Positions 50,177 to 60,666 of a stretch of 64,000 nucleotides of DNA are shown here, in pieces. The stretch's first letter is position 1. Each line of letters begins with the position of its first letter. The stretch is from Bacteroidota bacterium (lineage in GTDB: Bacteria; Bacteroidota; Bacteroidia; JAIBAJ01), in NCBI GenBank assembly GCA_947475205.1, contig CANJNG010000001.1, forward strand, positions 679-64,678, read 5' to 3'. The position numbers and the translations under genes are program-made. Below the pieces are notes generated by a model. The model ran no database searches, was not told where the DNA came from, and was given only the letters and a program-made list of their open reading frames with translations.

Positions 50177-50820
50177 AGATAGTATTTCAGGGCATTTCGC
50201 TACATCTTGTCAGTCAGGAAACCTTAGAAGACTTAAGGCAAATTAGAAACCGTGCTTCTGAAATGGGTTTTATGATTGACCGAAATCCTATTAGCAGCGA
50301 AAGTCAGCAACGGTGGTATAATAATTTAGATAGAACCCTAAATTTCTTTTTCCTTATTGAATCGGGCGGCGAAAACATCGGCGTAGGACACATTACGGCT
50401 ATAAACTACCAAGCTCAAACTGCGGAATGTGGACTTTACCTCACAAACGAGCAGTATAACGGCACACAGGTTTCTGTGCTATCGTCCTTGGTGTTGCTGT
50501 TTTTAGTGTTTGAAATCTTCAAACTCGAAGAGCTAAAGGCAAAAGTTTTGGTGGAGAACACCGTTGCGAAAGCATACAATATTCGTTTGGGTTTTCAGTT
50601 TATGGGTAATATTGATGCCGATGCAATCTGGATGACGTTAAGCAAAGAGCAATACCAAAAGCAAAGCAAAAAATTACTAAGTAAATTGCTAAAAAATGGA
50701 GTAATTCAAATTGGTGATAATATGCAATCGGATAATCCTACATTATGGAAAGCCGTTGAATTATTTCAAATTAATACCGATTCGTCGCAAATCGAGCTTG
50801 AGGTTCATCAAGGTAAATAA
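50173..50820 (+). CDS. GNAT-family N-acetyltransferase
   Basis: 215 aa with ATGA start overlap to the GT2 gene and an acetyl-CoA-binding-like core. Confidence 0.6.
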   Translation: MKIVFQGISLHLVSQETLEDLRQIRNRASEMGFMIDRNPISSESQQRWYNNLDRTLNFFFLIESGGENIGVGHITAINYQAQTAECGLYLTNEQYNGTQVSVLSSLVLLFLVFEIFKLEELKAKVLVENTVAKAYNIRLGFQFMGNIDADAIWMTLSKEQYQKQSKKLLSKLLKNGVIQIGDNMQSDNPTLWKAVELFQINTDSSQIELEVHQGK

Positions 50821-51621
50821 AGCCGGGTTGTTTGCCCAATACCAATACCGCAGCGGAAAGCCCTTCTCAAAATAGGGAAACTTTTTAATATCAAACCTTT
50901 CCCAAAGTTTCGGCTTTATTTTCCGAAAGAATGTTTTACGATTGTGCCAGTATAGCTGCTTATCGCGGGGCTTGAATATTTCCATACCCAAATGAAACGT
51001 TACATCCTCATTGGGAAATAGTTTCGGATTATTGGCAAAGCAGAACAGATTATGTGCTACCGTGGCTTCCACAAAGGGAATCCCAACACAAATATCTTCC
51101 ATTTCAAACCTCTTTTGCATTCCGGACTTAAACACAAAGCAGTCGAATCCGGGATGGGTTTTGCCCTTTAGTTTATAAAGTAATGGTAAATCAGCTGCGG
51201 TGTAAGGCTTATACGGAATCCGGCGGCGGTTAATTATCAAAGTATCGTAGCCTTTCTTAATTTCGTCAAATACAAAGTTGTAAAATTCAGGCTTTAGGGC
51301 TATGTCTATATTGGTGTATATAAAGTAATCGGCCTCCAAAGTATTAAAGATGGAGAACAGTTCAGCAATAAATGGCAGTTGTTTTAAGGTTGAAAATTCG
51401 GGTTTATCTTTTACAGATTGCCTTAGCAGCGGTGCAGAAAGAAAATCAGCGGGTGTATCTATCTGTTCATTTTCAAACTTAGTGAAATAAACCTCAACCG
51501 CACCTTTCCTTGAAAATGCTGCCTTTGCCGCTTCTACTGAGGCAAATGTTAGCTTTTGCGTAATGTCGTTTTCAGAATTCGCCGCCGAAGCAAAAGGGTT
51601 TATTAAATGTATAATCTTCAT
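50761..51621 (-). CDS. hypothetical protein (286 aa)
   Basis: Convergent ORF whose 3' end overlaps the GNAT gene by 60 nt. Coding-like composition. Family unknown. Confidence 0.45.
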   Translation of the reverse strand: MKIIHLINPFASAANSENDITQKLTFASVEAAKAAFSRKGAVEVYFTKFENEQIDTPADFLSAPLLRQSVKDKPEFSTLKQLPFIAELFSIFNTLEADYFIYTNIDIALKPEFYNFVFDEIKKGYDTLIINRRRIPYKPYTAADLPLLYKLKGKTHPGFDCFVFKSGMQKRFEMEDICVGIPFVEATVAHNLFCFANNPKLFPNEDVTFHLGMEIFKPRDKQLYWHNRKTFFRKIKPKLWERFDIKKFPYFEKGFPLRYWYWANNPALFTLMNLKLDLRRIGINLK

Positions 51622-51796
51622 TTAGAATTGCAAATGTATCATTTCGGTAGGTTGGGGTTTGTTAGAATGGCGTTTTCTTAAAACAACCTTTCATTTTTAC
51701 AAAAAACATCAAAATCAATCCTCAGTCGAACATTTTTGTTTTTTCATCGTTACGATTGCCGTATTCAAAAAATCGTACATTTGTCCATTCAATTCA

Positions 51797-53908
51797 TTGA
51801 AGACTAAGGCTTACATAGTAGCATTTTTTTGCTTTTTTATCATTTCGGTAAAGGGCTATGGGCAGTTGCAAGCGGATGTATCCCAAACACCAACCGATTT
51901 AGTTCAGAATGTGCTTTTAGGAGGCGGCGTAACAGCAAGTAATATTACATATACCTGTGGTTCAACACAAATGGGTTATTTCTTTGGAAGTTCAAATTTA
52001 GGACTTTCATCTGGTATCATAATGAGTACTGGGTTTGCAATAGATATTGTAGGCCCAAATGATAATTTAGCGGTGTCCAATCTATTGTTGGGGCCGGGCG
52101 ATTTTACATTAGACGCCGTTGTAGCTCCTTTAACTACAAACGATGCTTGCGTTTTAGAGTTTGATTTTATTCCACTTACCGACACTGTAAGTTTTCGATA
52201 TGTGTTTGGTTCAGAGGAATACGCACAGTTTGTAGGTACAAGTTTTAATGATGTCTTTGGCTTTTTTATTAGTGGTCCCGGAATTCCAGTTCCAACCAAT
52301 ATTGCTATAGTGCCTGGAACAGTTTCTACTCCTGTAAGTATTAATAATGTAAATGGCACAACCAATTCAGCATATTATGTAAATAATGGAGACTTGGCGG
52401 GTGTCCCACAAGGGCAGACTGTTCAGTACAATGGGTTTACTACTGTGCTAACAGCAACCTCTACGGAAGTTACACACTGCGAAACCTATCATATTAAATT
52501 GGCCATAGCCGATGTTGGTGATGGTGCGTACGATTCCGGTGTTTTTCTTGAGGCTGGCTCATTCTCATCTGGTACAGTAAGCCTTTCTTCTCAAGCCGAT
52601 TATTCTTCTTCCTTAAACGATACTGCCCTTTTTGAGGGCTGCGGAAGTACTAAAATTATTTTTGAACGGGGCGGAAATACTTCAGAACCATTAACCATTA
52701 ACTTTAATGTTACGGGTACCGCTACTCAAGGGGTTGATTATACCCTTTCTTCTACAAGTGTTACTATCCCTGCAGGTTTCAATATTGCATCTATTGATTT
52801 GAACACGATTTATGATAATGTTTCCGAGCCACTCGGCGAAAGTGTTACAATCACTCCAGTTATTACTTTCTTATGTGCTGCCCAAACACCCCCGTCTATC
52901 ACGCTTACCCTCGCCGATCAGCCCCCATTATCTGTAACCACATCACCCGACTTCACTACTGCCTGCCCGGCACAAACCACTTTTGAGGCTTTCCCTCAGG
53001 GCGGAATTCCGGGTTATGTGTATGAATGGAAAGATAGCACGGGCACAGTTCTCAGTACGCAAAGCACCTTAACCGCTTTTCCACTTCAAACAACGCATTA
53101 TTCTTTAACTGTTACTGACACCTGCAAAAACCAACAGGCGACGGCTACAGCATCCGTAATTATTCCAGGTTATACTCCGATGCAGTTTGAATTGGCACAA
53201 GCCAGTATTTGCAAAGGCGACACTGCACGATTAGTTGTTAATGTTACCGAAGGTAAAGCTCCTTACACCTATTTATGGCCAAGCACAGGCAGTATCAATA
53301 ATTTCACTTTTGTAGCTCCATCTGTTTCGGGTAGCTTTACTGTCCAAGTAACCGATTTGTGTGGAATAGTAGATAATGCTTCTTCTCGGGTAAGTGTGGT
53401 TGGTCCCAAAGCCCAATTCTCTTCCAACCAAACCGCCGAACGCGATTTTGTGTTTACCAATCAATCGGTTGATGCCATATTTTATTATTGGAATTTTGAT
53501 GATGGCGACACTGCTCAAACATTAGATGCAGCTCACTCCTTCCCTGATTCAGGTTGGTATAATGTGTTGCTAACCGTAGAAAACAGGGAAGGCTGCTTCG
53601 ATACAGCAAGCTTACTGATTCACGCTTTCCCCGATTTGAATGTCTATATTCCCAATGCATTTACCCCTAATGGCGATGGAAAGAACGATTCATTTTATGC
53701 CGATGGTGAAGGATTCGCTACCTCGGATATGAAAATTTACGACCGCTGGGGACAGGAAGTATATCATGCCGAACATCAGGCTTGGGCTTGGAACGGACAA
53801 TCGAGAAGCGGTGTAAAATTAGAAGGGATGTATTGTTACGTTTTTGAATTCGTAACGCCGCTTGGCAATGCAGTCAAACGCATGGGGCATGTTATGGTGG
53901 TGAGGTAA
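51797..53908 (+). CDS. T9SS type B (gliding motility-associated C-terminal domain, CHU_C) cargo protein with a choice-of-anchor-L-like N-terminal domain
   Basis: The C-terminus NAFTPNGDGKNDSF...IYDRWGQEVY...WNGQ...GMYCYVF is the canonical T9SS type B sorting domain. The most plausible start is the TTG at 51797, which gives the signal peptide (M)KTKAYIVAFFCFFIISVKGYGQ. The ORF track begins at the upstream ATG at 51659. Confidence 0.75.
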   Translation: MKTKAYIVAFFCFFIISVKGYGQLQADVSQTPTDLVQNVLLGGGVTASNITYTCGSTQMGYFFGSSNLGLSSGIIMSTGFAIDIVGPNDNLAVSNLLLGPGDFTLDAVVAPLTTNDACVLEFDFIPLTDTVSFRYVFGSEEYAQFVGTSFNDVFGFFISGPGIPVPTNIAIVPGTVSTPVSINNVNGTTNSAYYVNNGDLAGVPQGQTVQYNGFTTVLTATSTEVTHCETYHIKLAIADVGDGAYDSGVFLEAGSFSSGTVSLSSQADYSSSLNDTALFEGCGSTKIIFERGGNTSEPLTINFNVTGTATQGVDYTLSSTSVTIPAGFNIASIDLNTIYDNVSEPLGESVTITPVITFLCAAQTPPSITLTLADQPPLSVTTSPDFTTACPAQTTFEAFPQGGIPGYVYEWKDSTGTVLSTQSTLTAFPLQTTHYSLTVTDTCKNQQATATASVIIPGYTPMQFELAQASICKGDTARLVVNVTEGKAPYTYLWPSTGSINNFTFVAPSVSGSFTVQVTDLCGIVDNASSRVSVVGPKAQFSSNQTAERDFVFTNQSVDAIFYYWNFDDGDTAQTLDAAHSFPDSGWYNVLLTVENREGCFDTASLLIHAFPDLNVYIPNAFTPNGDGKNDSFYADGEGFATSDMKIYDRWGQEVYHAEHQAWAWNGQSRSGVKLEGMYCYVFEFVTPLGNAVKRMGHVMVVR

Positions 53909-54051
53909 GGAATCAACAGAATTCGAACTGACGTTAAACTAATGAAAATTATTCGATTTCCATTTCCTCCAAAAGCTTCCAACTAATTAGTTGAACGCAA
54001 CCCACGAAGTGGCTCTTTGACACAAATAAAAAATAAAGCAATAGTCCAAAA

Positions 54052-54540
54052 TCCCTAAGCCCGGAACCCTCTACGGTAAATGCTTGAGAGCATTCCCTGA
54101 TCCCCGAACCCCTTCAAGCAATTGCTTGAGAGCATTCCCTAATCCCTTAATCAGTTCAAGCAATTGCTTGAGAGCAATCCCTAAGCCCGGAACCCTCTCC
54201 GGCAAATGCTTGAGAGCAATCCCTAAGCCCGGAACCCTCTCCGGTAAATGCCTGAGAGCAATCCCTAAGCCCGGAACCCTCTCCGGCAAATGCCTGAGAG
54301 CATTCCCTAAGCCCGGAACCCTTTCCGACAAATGCCTGAGAGCATTCCCTAGGCCCGGAACCCTCTCCAGCAAATGCCTGAGAGCATTCCCTAATCCCGA
54401 AACCCTCTCCGGTAAATGCTTGAGAGCAATCCCTAAGTCCCGAACCCGTTCAAGTAAATGCTTGGAAGCATTCCCTAAGCCCCTAATCCGTTCACGCAAT
54501 TGCTTGAGAGCATTCCCTAGGTCCCGAACCCGTTCTAGCT
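54052..54540. repeat. 42-bp tandem repeat array, about 12 copies (consensus TCCCTAAGCCCGGAACCCTCTCCGGCAAATGCTTGAGAGCAA)
   Basis: Units lie head-to-tail every 42 bp from 54052, with point variants only and no intervening spacers. The last unit is degenerate. Both strands keep long open frames (152 and 164 aa) only because of the periodicity. Confidence 0.9.
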
Positions 54541-54569
54541 GATTCATTTGTGAAACAAAACACAAGTTG

Positions 54570-54595
54570 ACTCAGGTTTGCAACCTGAGTTTTTA
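54570..54595 (+). terminator. terminator-like hairpin immediately downstream of the 42-bp array
   Basis: ACTCAGGTT-TGC-AACCTGAGT followed by TTTTTAGG. Confidence 0.45.
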
Positions 54596-54873
54596 GGTAT
54601 GAAGGTGCGAAACATCCTTCGAAACACCTTCCACTTTTTATTCATAGAAAATTAACAATGGGAAGCCCTTTTCTTCCATACATTTCAATTCACGGCAGGT
54701 ATATATTGGCTGCAAAATTCAAAACTCCATTTAATTTGCTCAACCCTATTGTATATGCATAGGTATGCAATCGGGGTTTTATGCTAAGAAGAACGAATAC
54801 CTGTTTTATGGGTTTTTAAACCCAATCTTTTTGTAAGCCGATGCCTTTAATGAAATAAAACTATCTTCGCCCT

Positions 54874-55818
54874 ATGGAAAAAAGCATCGAAGAACTCGAA
54901 CGCCAATTCAACGAAAAAATAGAAAAAGGCATAAAGATTGAACCCAAAGACTGGATGCCAGACCGCTACCGCAAGCAATTGCTGCGGATGATGAGCCAGC
55001 ATGCACACAGCGAAGTGGTAGGAATGTTGCCCGAAGGCAATTGGATTACCCGGGCTCCCAGCCTGAAACGCAAAACTGTTTTATTGGCCAAAGTGCAAGA
55101 CGAAGGTGGTCACGGACTCTACATTTATTGTGGAGCCGAAACCTTGGGCGTGGACAGAAGCGAAATGATTCAGCAATTGCTCGATGGAAAAGCCAAGTAT
55201 TCCAGCATTTTTAATTACCCTACCGTTTCCTGGGCCGATATTGGCACAATTGGCTGGTTGGTTGACGGGGCCGCAATTGTAAACCAAACCCTCTTAGCTA
55301 AAGGTTCCTATGGCCCATACAGTAGGGCAATGGTAAGAATTTGCAAAGAAGAAAATTTCCATCACCGTCAGGGCTACGAGCTTATTTCAACCTTAATGAG
55401 TGGCACACCCGAACAGCGAGCCATGGCTCAAGATTCGTTTAACCGCTGGTGGTGGCCTACTTTAATGATGTTTGGCCCATCCGATGCTCATTCACCAAAC
55501 AGCGGCGAGTTGCTGAAATGGAAAGTGAAACTAATGACGAATGACGAATTGCGTCAACGCTTTATTGACCGCACCATTCCGCAAGCCGAAGCACTTGGAA
55601 TTACTATTCCTGACCCCGATTTAAAGTATAACCCCGAAACCAAGCATTACGAATACGGCCAACCCAATTGGGAAGAGTTAACCAACGTAATTAATGGAAA
55701 TGGGCCTTGCAACAAGCAACGCCTCAATACCCGAATTGAAGCAGAGGCAAACGGACAATGGGTGCGTGAAGCGGCCGAAGCCTATGCTGCAAAACGTGCA
55801 ATGAAACAGGCCAGTTAA
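54874..55818 (+). CDS. paaA: 1,2-phenylacetyl-CoA epoxidase subunit A
   Basis: 314 aa with the di-iron ferritin-like PaaA signature. Confidence 0.85.
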   Translation: MEKSIEELERQFNEKIEKGIKIEPKDWMPDRYRKQLLRMMSQHAHSEVVGMLPEGNWITRAPSLKRKTVLLAKVQDEGGHGLYIYCGAETLGVDRSEMIQQLLDGKAKYSSIFNYPTVSWADIGTIGWLVDGAAIVNQTLLAKGSYGPYSRAMVRICKEENFHHRQGYELISTLMSGTPEQRAMAQDSFNRWWWPTLMMFGPSDAHSPNSGELLKWKVKLMTNDELRQRFIDRTIPQAEALGITIPDPDLKYNPETKHYEYGQPNWEELTNVINGNGPCNKQRLNTRIEAEANGQWVREAAEAYAAKRAMKQAS

Positions 55819-55825
55819 CCCCACA

Positions 55826-56104
55826 ATGAAAAACAACCTTAATCTATACGAAGTTTTTATACAACCCAAGCCGGGTTTACCTCACCAACATGTTGGCAGT
55901 GTTCATGCCTCGGATTCCGAAATGGCCCTTCAAAACGCCCGTGATGTTTATACCCGCCGCGAAGAAGGTCGGAATATCTGGGTAGTGCCTTCGGTGCATA
56001 TTGCAGCCAACTCGCCCGAAGAAGATGGCTATTTCTTCGACCCGGCAAACGATAAAATCTATCGGGCACCGATGTTTTACAATACCGGAAACATTAAAAT
56101 GTAA
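55826..56104 (+). CDS. paaB: 1,2-phenylacetyl-CoA epoxidase subunit B
   Basis: 92 aa. The NLYEVFIQPKPGLPHQHVGSVHA sequence is a typical PaaB. Confidence 0.85.
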   Translation: MKNNLNLYEVFIQPKPGLPHQHVGSVHASDSEMALQNARDVYTRREEGRNIWVVPSVHIAANSPEEDGYFFDPANDKIYRAPMFYNTGNIKM

Positions 56105-56106
56105 GG

Positions 56107-56868
56107 ATGGAAGTAAAACAAAAAGCTCTTTTCGATTATCTGCTTTGGTTGGGCGACAATGGGCTTATCCTTGGACAACGCATTGCTGAATGGTGCGGCC
56201 ACGGCCCCTATTTGGAAGAAGACATAGCCCTTACTAATATTTCACTTGATTTGATTGGTCAGGCTCGTGCTTTTCTTTCCTATGCCGGAGAGTTGGAGGG
56301 AAAGGGCAGAGATGAGGACAAACTGGCTTTCTTTCGCAACGACAGGGAATTTAAAAACAATCTTTTAGTAGAAGAGCCCAATGGCGATTTTGGTAAAACC
56401 ATTTTACGGCAATACTTTTTCAGTGTTTTTGCTGAATTATTGTTTGAAAAGCTATCCGCATCAAACGATGAAAAATTAGCTGCTTTGGCTGCTAAATCTT
56501 TAAAAGAAGTAAAATACCACAAAGTGCATTCTCAAAAATGGTTACTACGCTTGGGCGATGGTACCCCTGAAAGCCATTCCAGAATGCAAGCCGCCTTGAA
56601 CGAAATGTGGCATTTAACGGGAGATTTATTTGAGAATGCAGAAAGCGACAACCTGCTTTTTTCTGAAAGGATTGCTTTTGATTTAGCCGAAACTAAACCA
56701 CATTGGAGCAAAGAAGTGATTTCCGATTTATTGGAAGCAAGCCTTCAAATTCCAACAAACGCATTTATGCTCAAAGGCGGGCGAAACGGTTTTCATTCCG
56801 AACATTTAAGCCACATTCTCACAGAGATGCAAGCACTGCCACGGGCGATACCCGAAGGAAAGTGGTGA
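56107..56868 (+). CDS. paaC: 1,2-phenylacetyl-CoA epoxidase subunit C
   Basis: 253 aa with a PaaC/PaaI-like ferritin fold. It follows paaAB with 2-nt spacing. Confidence 0.75.
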   Translation: MEVKQKALFDYLLWLGDNGLILGQRIAEWCGHGPYLEEDIALTNISLDLIGQARAFLSYAGELEGKGRDEDKLAFFRNDREFKNNLLVEEPNGDFGKTILRQYFFSVFAELLFEKLSASNDEKLAALAAKSLKEVKYHKVHSQKWLLRLGDGTPESHSRMQAALNEMWHLTGDLFENAESDNLLFSERIAFDLAETKPHWSKEVISDLLEASLQIPTNAFMLKGGRNGFHSEHLSHILTEMQALPRAIPEGKW

Positions 56869-56967
56869 GGTTGAAAACTTATTCATAATTCTGACTTATC
56901 TACCTTTGTCAAATGTAGAAACAAGGGTATTTCTGCTAATTTTGCCGCTTCTTACGAACACACACAA

Positions 56968-58089
56968 ATGAAATTTATTGTTTCCAGCAACGCACTTTTA
57001 AAGCAATTGCAATCCATTGGGGGCGTTTTGAACTCCAGCAATACAATCGCTATTTTAGATAATTTTTTATTTAAAATTGATAAAGGTGATTTAACCATTT
57101 CGGGTTCCGACCTCGAAACTACCATGACCACTACCATTCAGGTAGAATCAAAAAGCAAAGGCTCAGTAGCTATACCGGCACGTTTACTTTTAGATACATT
57201 AAAATCTTTCCCCGAGCAACCGCTTACGTTCAGTGTTAATGAAGACAACTGGGGCATTGAGATTTCGAGCGATTACGGGAAATATAAACTTTCCGGCCAA
57301 GATGCTCGCGAGTACCCTGAAATTCCAACTTTAGACAGTACTACCTCCACTACGCTTTCTTCTAAAGTATTGTCGGAAGCAATTACCAAAACGATTTTCG
57401 CAACCGGTAATGATGACCTGCGTCCTGTAATGTCGGGCGTATTCTTTCAGTTTTCACCCGAAAATGTTACATTCGTAGCTACTGATGCACACAAACTAGT
57501 TCGCTATCGTCGTTTGGATGTAAAGTCTGAGCAAGTGGCATCTTTTATCCTTCCCAAAAAGCCATTAAACTTGTTAAAAAGTACATTGGGGAATGATGAT
57601 TCGGAAGTTCAGATTATCTATAACGAGAAAAACGCCTTTTTCAAATTCAACAATTTAGAACTGATTTGTCGTTTGATTGATGGCCGCTACCCCAACTATG
57701 ATGCGGTTATTCCTTTGGAAAACCCGAATAAACTCACCATCGACCGCTTGTCATTTTTAGGGTCTATTCGCCGAGTTTCGATATTCTCAAACAAAACAAC
57801 ACATCAGGTTCGCTTAAAAATTACCGGAAACGAATTACAGGTTTCTGCCGAAGATTTGGATTTTGCAAACGAAGCCAACGAACGCCTTACCTGCCAGTAT
57901 GAAGGTACTGATATGGAAATAGGGTTTAACTCTAAGTTCTTAGCCGAAATGCTATCTAACTTACCATCAGAAAATGTTAACTTAGAAATGAGCGTTCCGA
58001 ATCGTGCCGGAATTTTACTTCCCTCCGATAGCACTTCGGAGGGCGAAGAAATTTTGATGTTGGTAATGCCAGTAATGCTTAATTATTAA
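56968..58089 (+). CDS. dnaN: DNA polymerase III subunit beta (sliding clamp)
   Basis: 373 aa. It starts MKFIVSSNALLKQLQ and ends ...LMLVMPVML. Three-domain clamp architecture. Confidence 0.85.
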   Translation: MKFIVSSNALLKQLQSIGGVLNSSNTIAILDNFLFKIDKGDLTISGSDLETTMTTTIQVESKSKGSVAIPARLLLDTLKSFPEQPLTFSVNEDNWGIEISSDYGKYKLSGQDAREYPEIPTLDSTTSTTLSSKVLSEAITKTIFATGNDDLRPVMSGVFFQFSPENVTFVATDAHKLVRYRRLDVKSEQVASFILPKKPLNLLKSTLGNDDSEVQIIYNEKNAFFKFNNLELICRLIDGRYPNYDAVIPLENPNKLTIDRLSFLGSIRRVSIFSNKTTHQVRLKITGNELQVSAEDLDFANEANERLTCQYEGTDMEIGFNSKFLAEMLSNLPSENVNLEMSVPNRAGILLPSDSTSEGEEILMLVMPVMLNY

Positions 58090-58109
58090 GCTTCGATTTT
58101 TAGGCCGCT

Positions 58110-58907
58110 TTGACCACCGTAAAACTTTCGGGCAATACCGATGTTTTCTGCTTGCATAAGCCGGAAGCATTTGTGTTAGATAGCCATGTTGAAGGCTACA
58201 TGATTAACGGAATTGACGTAAAAGATGGCAATACTGTTTTTGATGTAGGTGCAAATATTGGTGTGTTTGGAGTACGGATGTTGCAACGTGGTTCAAAGGT
58301 AAAAGTGTTTGCCTTCGAACCCATTCCCGACATTTTTGAAGTCCTTACAGCCAACAGCAAAAAGTATGATAGCAAACGCTTGATTCCATTAAATTGTGGT
58401 CTAAGCGATACTAAGGGCGAGGCCACTTTTACCTATTATCCACACGCTCCGGCACTTTCAACAAGCAAGCCCGAAATGTGGGACGACGACCCCAATATGT
58501 TTAAGAATGCCGTTGAAGGCAGCATGAAAAATGCCCCTAAAGAAATGTGGTATGCCAAATTTGTTCCATCCTTCCTTTCCGGCATTATGGCAAAATTTCT
58601 TCGGTCTGGCGGGAAAGAATTTACTTGTCAATTACGCACTATTTCATCTGTAATAGATGAATATAAAGTGGATAAAATCGACTTACTTAAAATAGACTGC
58701 GAAGGTGCTGAGCTTAGTGTTTTATTGGGTTTAGAAGACCGCCACTGGCCGCTCGTTCAGCAAATGGTTGTAGAGGTGCACAACACCGAAGGCCGTTTAG
58801 ACACCATTAAGGCAATGTGCCTAAAACATGGAATAACCAATTTAATTGCCCAACACGAAAGTGGATTTGAGGACACTAAATTGGTTAATTTGTATGCGAA
58901 GAGGTAG
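58110..58907 (+). CDS. FkbM-family methyltransferase
   Basis: 265 aa with VFDVGANIGVFG motif I and an FkbM-type layout. Confidence 0.7.
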   Translation: MTTVKLSGNTDVFCLHKPEAFVLDSHVEGYMINGIDVKDGNTVFDVGANIGVFGVRMLQRGSKVKVFAFEPIPDIFEVLTANSKKYDSKRLIPLNCGLSDTKGEATFTYYPHAPALSTSKPEMWDDDPNMFKNAVEGSMKNAPKEMWYAKFVPSFLSGIMAKFLRSGGKEFTCQLRTISSVIDEYKVDKIDLLKIDCEGAELSVLLGLEDRHWPLVQQMVVEVHNTEGRLDTIKAMCLKHGITNLIAQHESGFEDTKLVNLYAKR

Positions 58908-59031
58908 GTGTCCTTTAAGCAAAACCAAAGCCCAAAGAGGAGAATTAGTGGAATAGTCGTTACTGTTTTCCATTTTACATGAATTTCCTGCAATTCAAAA
59001 TTGAAATATCTTTGCTTAATAATTTTCAACC

Positions 59032-60171
59032 ATGCAAACCACAGAACTTTCCCCTTTAGAATTACTTCATAAAAACAATTCATCCGATTTTTTACCCCTT
59101 AAAGGCACCGACCACGTTGAGTTTTATGTGGGAAATGCCAAACAAAGTGCATACTACTATCAAGCTGGCTGGGGATTTGAACTAGTCGCTTATGCAGGTC
59201 CGGAAACCGGCCTTAAAGACCGTGCGAGTTATGTGCTGCAACAAGGTAAAGTTTGGTTGGTGCTAACCACTTCTTTCGACCCCGAAAGCGAAATTAGCCA
59301 GCATGTTCGTAAACACGGCGACGGCGTAAAAGCCCTCGCTCTTTGGGTGGATGACGCAGAAAAAGCTTTTGAAGCCACCACAAGTCGCGGTGCCGTGGCT
59401 GTTCATCCGGTTAAAACTATCAAAGACCAATGGGGCGAAGTAAAACTGGCTTCTATTAAAACATACGGCGAAACCATTCACACGTTTATAGAACGAAAGA
59501 ACTATACCGGTGCTTTTCTTCCGGGGTATCAACCGAAAGCGAGTGCTTTCAAGGCCGAAAGTGTGGGTTTGCAATTCATCGACCATTGTGTTGGAAATGT
59601 AGGCTGGGGCGAAATGAACACCTGGGTGAAGTTTTATGAAGAGGTCATGGGCTTTAAACTACTTATCACCTTCGATGATAACGACATTGGAACGGAATAC
59701 ACCGCACTAATGAGTAAAGTGGTGAGTAACGGAAACGGTTATGTAAAATTCCCGATAAATGAGCCCGCCGAAGGGAAAAAGAAAAGTCAGATTGAGGAAT
59801 ATATTGATTTCTATGGTGGAGCTGGGGTGCAGCACTTGGCATTAGCAACAGATGACATTATTAAAACCGTTACCGAACTTCGCAAACGGGGTATTGAATT
59901 TTTGCAAGTTCCCGAGACTTACTATGAAGATTTGCTTTCTCGTGTAGGGAAAATAGACGAAGACATTGCAGACCTGAAACGCTTGAATTTATTGGTAGAT
60001 AGAGATGAAGAAGGGTATTTGTTACAGCTTTTCTCAAAACCGGTAGAAGACCGCCCAACCGTTTTCTATGAAATCATCCAACGCAAAGGAGCAAAATCGT
60101 TTGGCAAAGGAAATTTCAAAGCTTTGTTTGAAGCTATTGAAAGAGAGCAAGCCTTGAGAGGAACGCTATAG
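59032..60171 (+). CDS. hppD: 4-hydroxyphenylpyruvate dioxygenase
   Basis: 379 aa with two VOC modules (HVEFYVGNAKQ..., IDHCVGNV...) and the C-terminal FGKGNFKALFEAIE. Confidence 0.9.
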   Translation: MQTTELSPLELLHKNNSSDFLPLKGTDHVEFYVGNAKQSAYYYQAGWGFELVAYAGPETGLKDRASYVLQQGKVWLVLTTSFDPESEISQHVRKHGDGVKALALWVDDAEKAFEATTSRGAVAVHPVKTIKDQWGEVKLASIKTYGETIHTFIERKNYTGAFLPGYQPKASAFKAESVGLQFIDHCVGNVGWGEMNTWVKFYEEVMGFKLLITFDDNDIGTEYTALMSKVVSNGNGYVKFPINEPAEGKKKSQIEEYIDFYGGAGVQHLALATDDIIKTVTELRKRGIEFLQVPETYYEDLLSRVGKIDEDIADLKRLNLLVDRDEEGYLLQLFSKPVEDRPTVFYEIIQRKGAKSFGKGNFKALFEAIEREQALRGTL

Positions 60172-60278
60172 AAACCACTGGATAATGTTGGGAAAAGCCA
60201 CCTCCAAACATTTTTAGTAGAAATAAAACATTTCCGCTATTTTCGCACTGGCTTGATTTTTGAAACTTTAACCAAATT

Positions 60279-60659
60279 ATGAAAACTATTCTGTTTTATG
60301 TCCTGTTTTTGGTTCAACCCATCATCGTTGGTTTTGAAATTCACGATGAAATTGCTTCCGCTATAAAATCAGGCAGCGGTGAAAGTGTTGCAAAATTTTT
60401 TTCCGGAAATGTTGACTTAACCATTATTGATAAGGAAGGAAACTATTCTAAGCAACAGGCCGGTCAAATCTTAAAGGACTTCTTCACCAAACATCCCGTT
60501 AAGGATTTCAGAATTCTGCACCGTGGTGAAGCAAAAGACGGCTCTAAGTATGCTATTGGGACGCTGAGTACAGCTAACGGCAACTTCCGTGTTTATTTCT
60601 TGGTAAAAAAACAAGGGGACAAAATGCAGATGCAACAGTTGCGTTTCGAGAACGAATAA
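60279..60659 (+). CDS. DUF4783-like small secreted protein
   Basis: 126 aa with a signal peptide. It sits immediately upstream of nadC. The family assignment is from memory and is tentative. Confidence 0.45.
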   Translation: MKTILFYVLFLVQPIIVGFEIHDEIASAIKSGSGESVAKFFSGNVDLTIIDKEGNYSKQQAGQILKDFFTKHPVKDFRILHRGEAKDGSKYAIGTLSTANGNFRVYFLVKKQGDKMQMQQLRFENE

Positions 60660-60666
60660 AATTCTT

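Noticed and set aside
54071-54565. 152-aa (+) and 164-aa (-) ORFs spanning the 42-bp array
   Set aside because: Open frames on both strands are produced by the 42-bp (14-codon) periodicity. The peptides are low-complexity with no start context, so they were not called as genes.
56869-56967. Possible chromosomal origin (oriC) next to dnaN
   Set aside because: No cluster of DnaA boxes (TTATCCACA-like) and no AT-rich DUE were seen. dnaA is absent, and the region is a short ordinary promoter gap.
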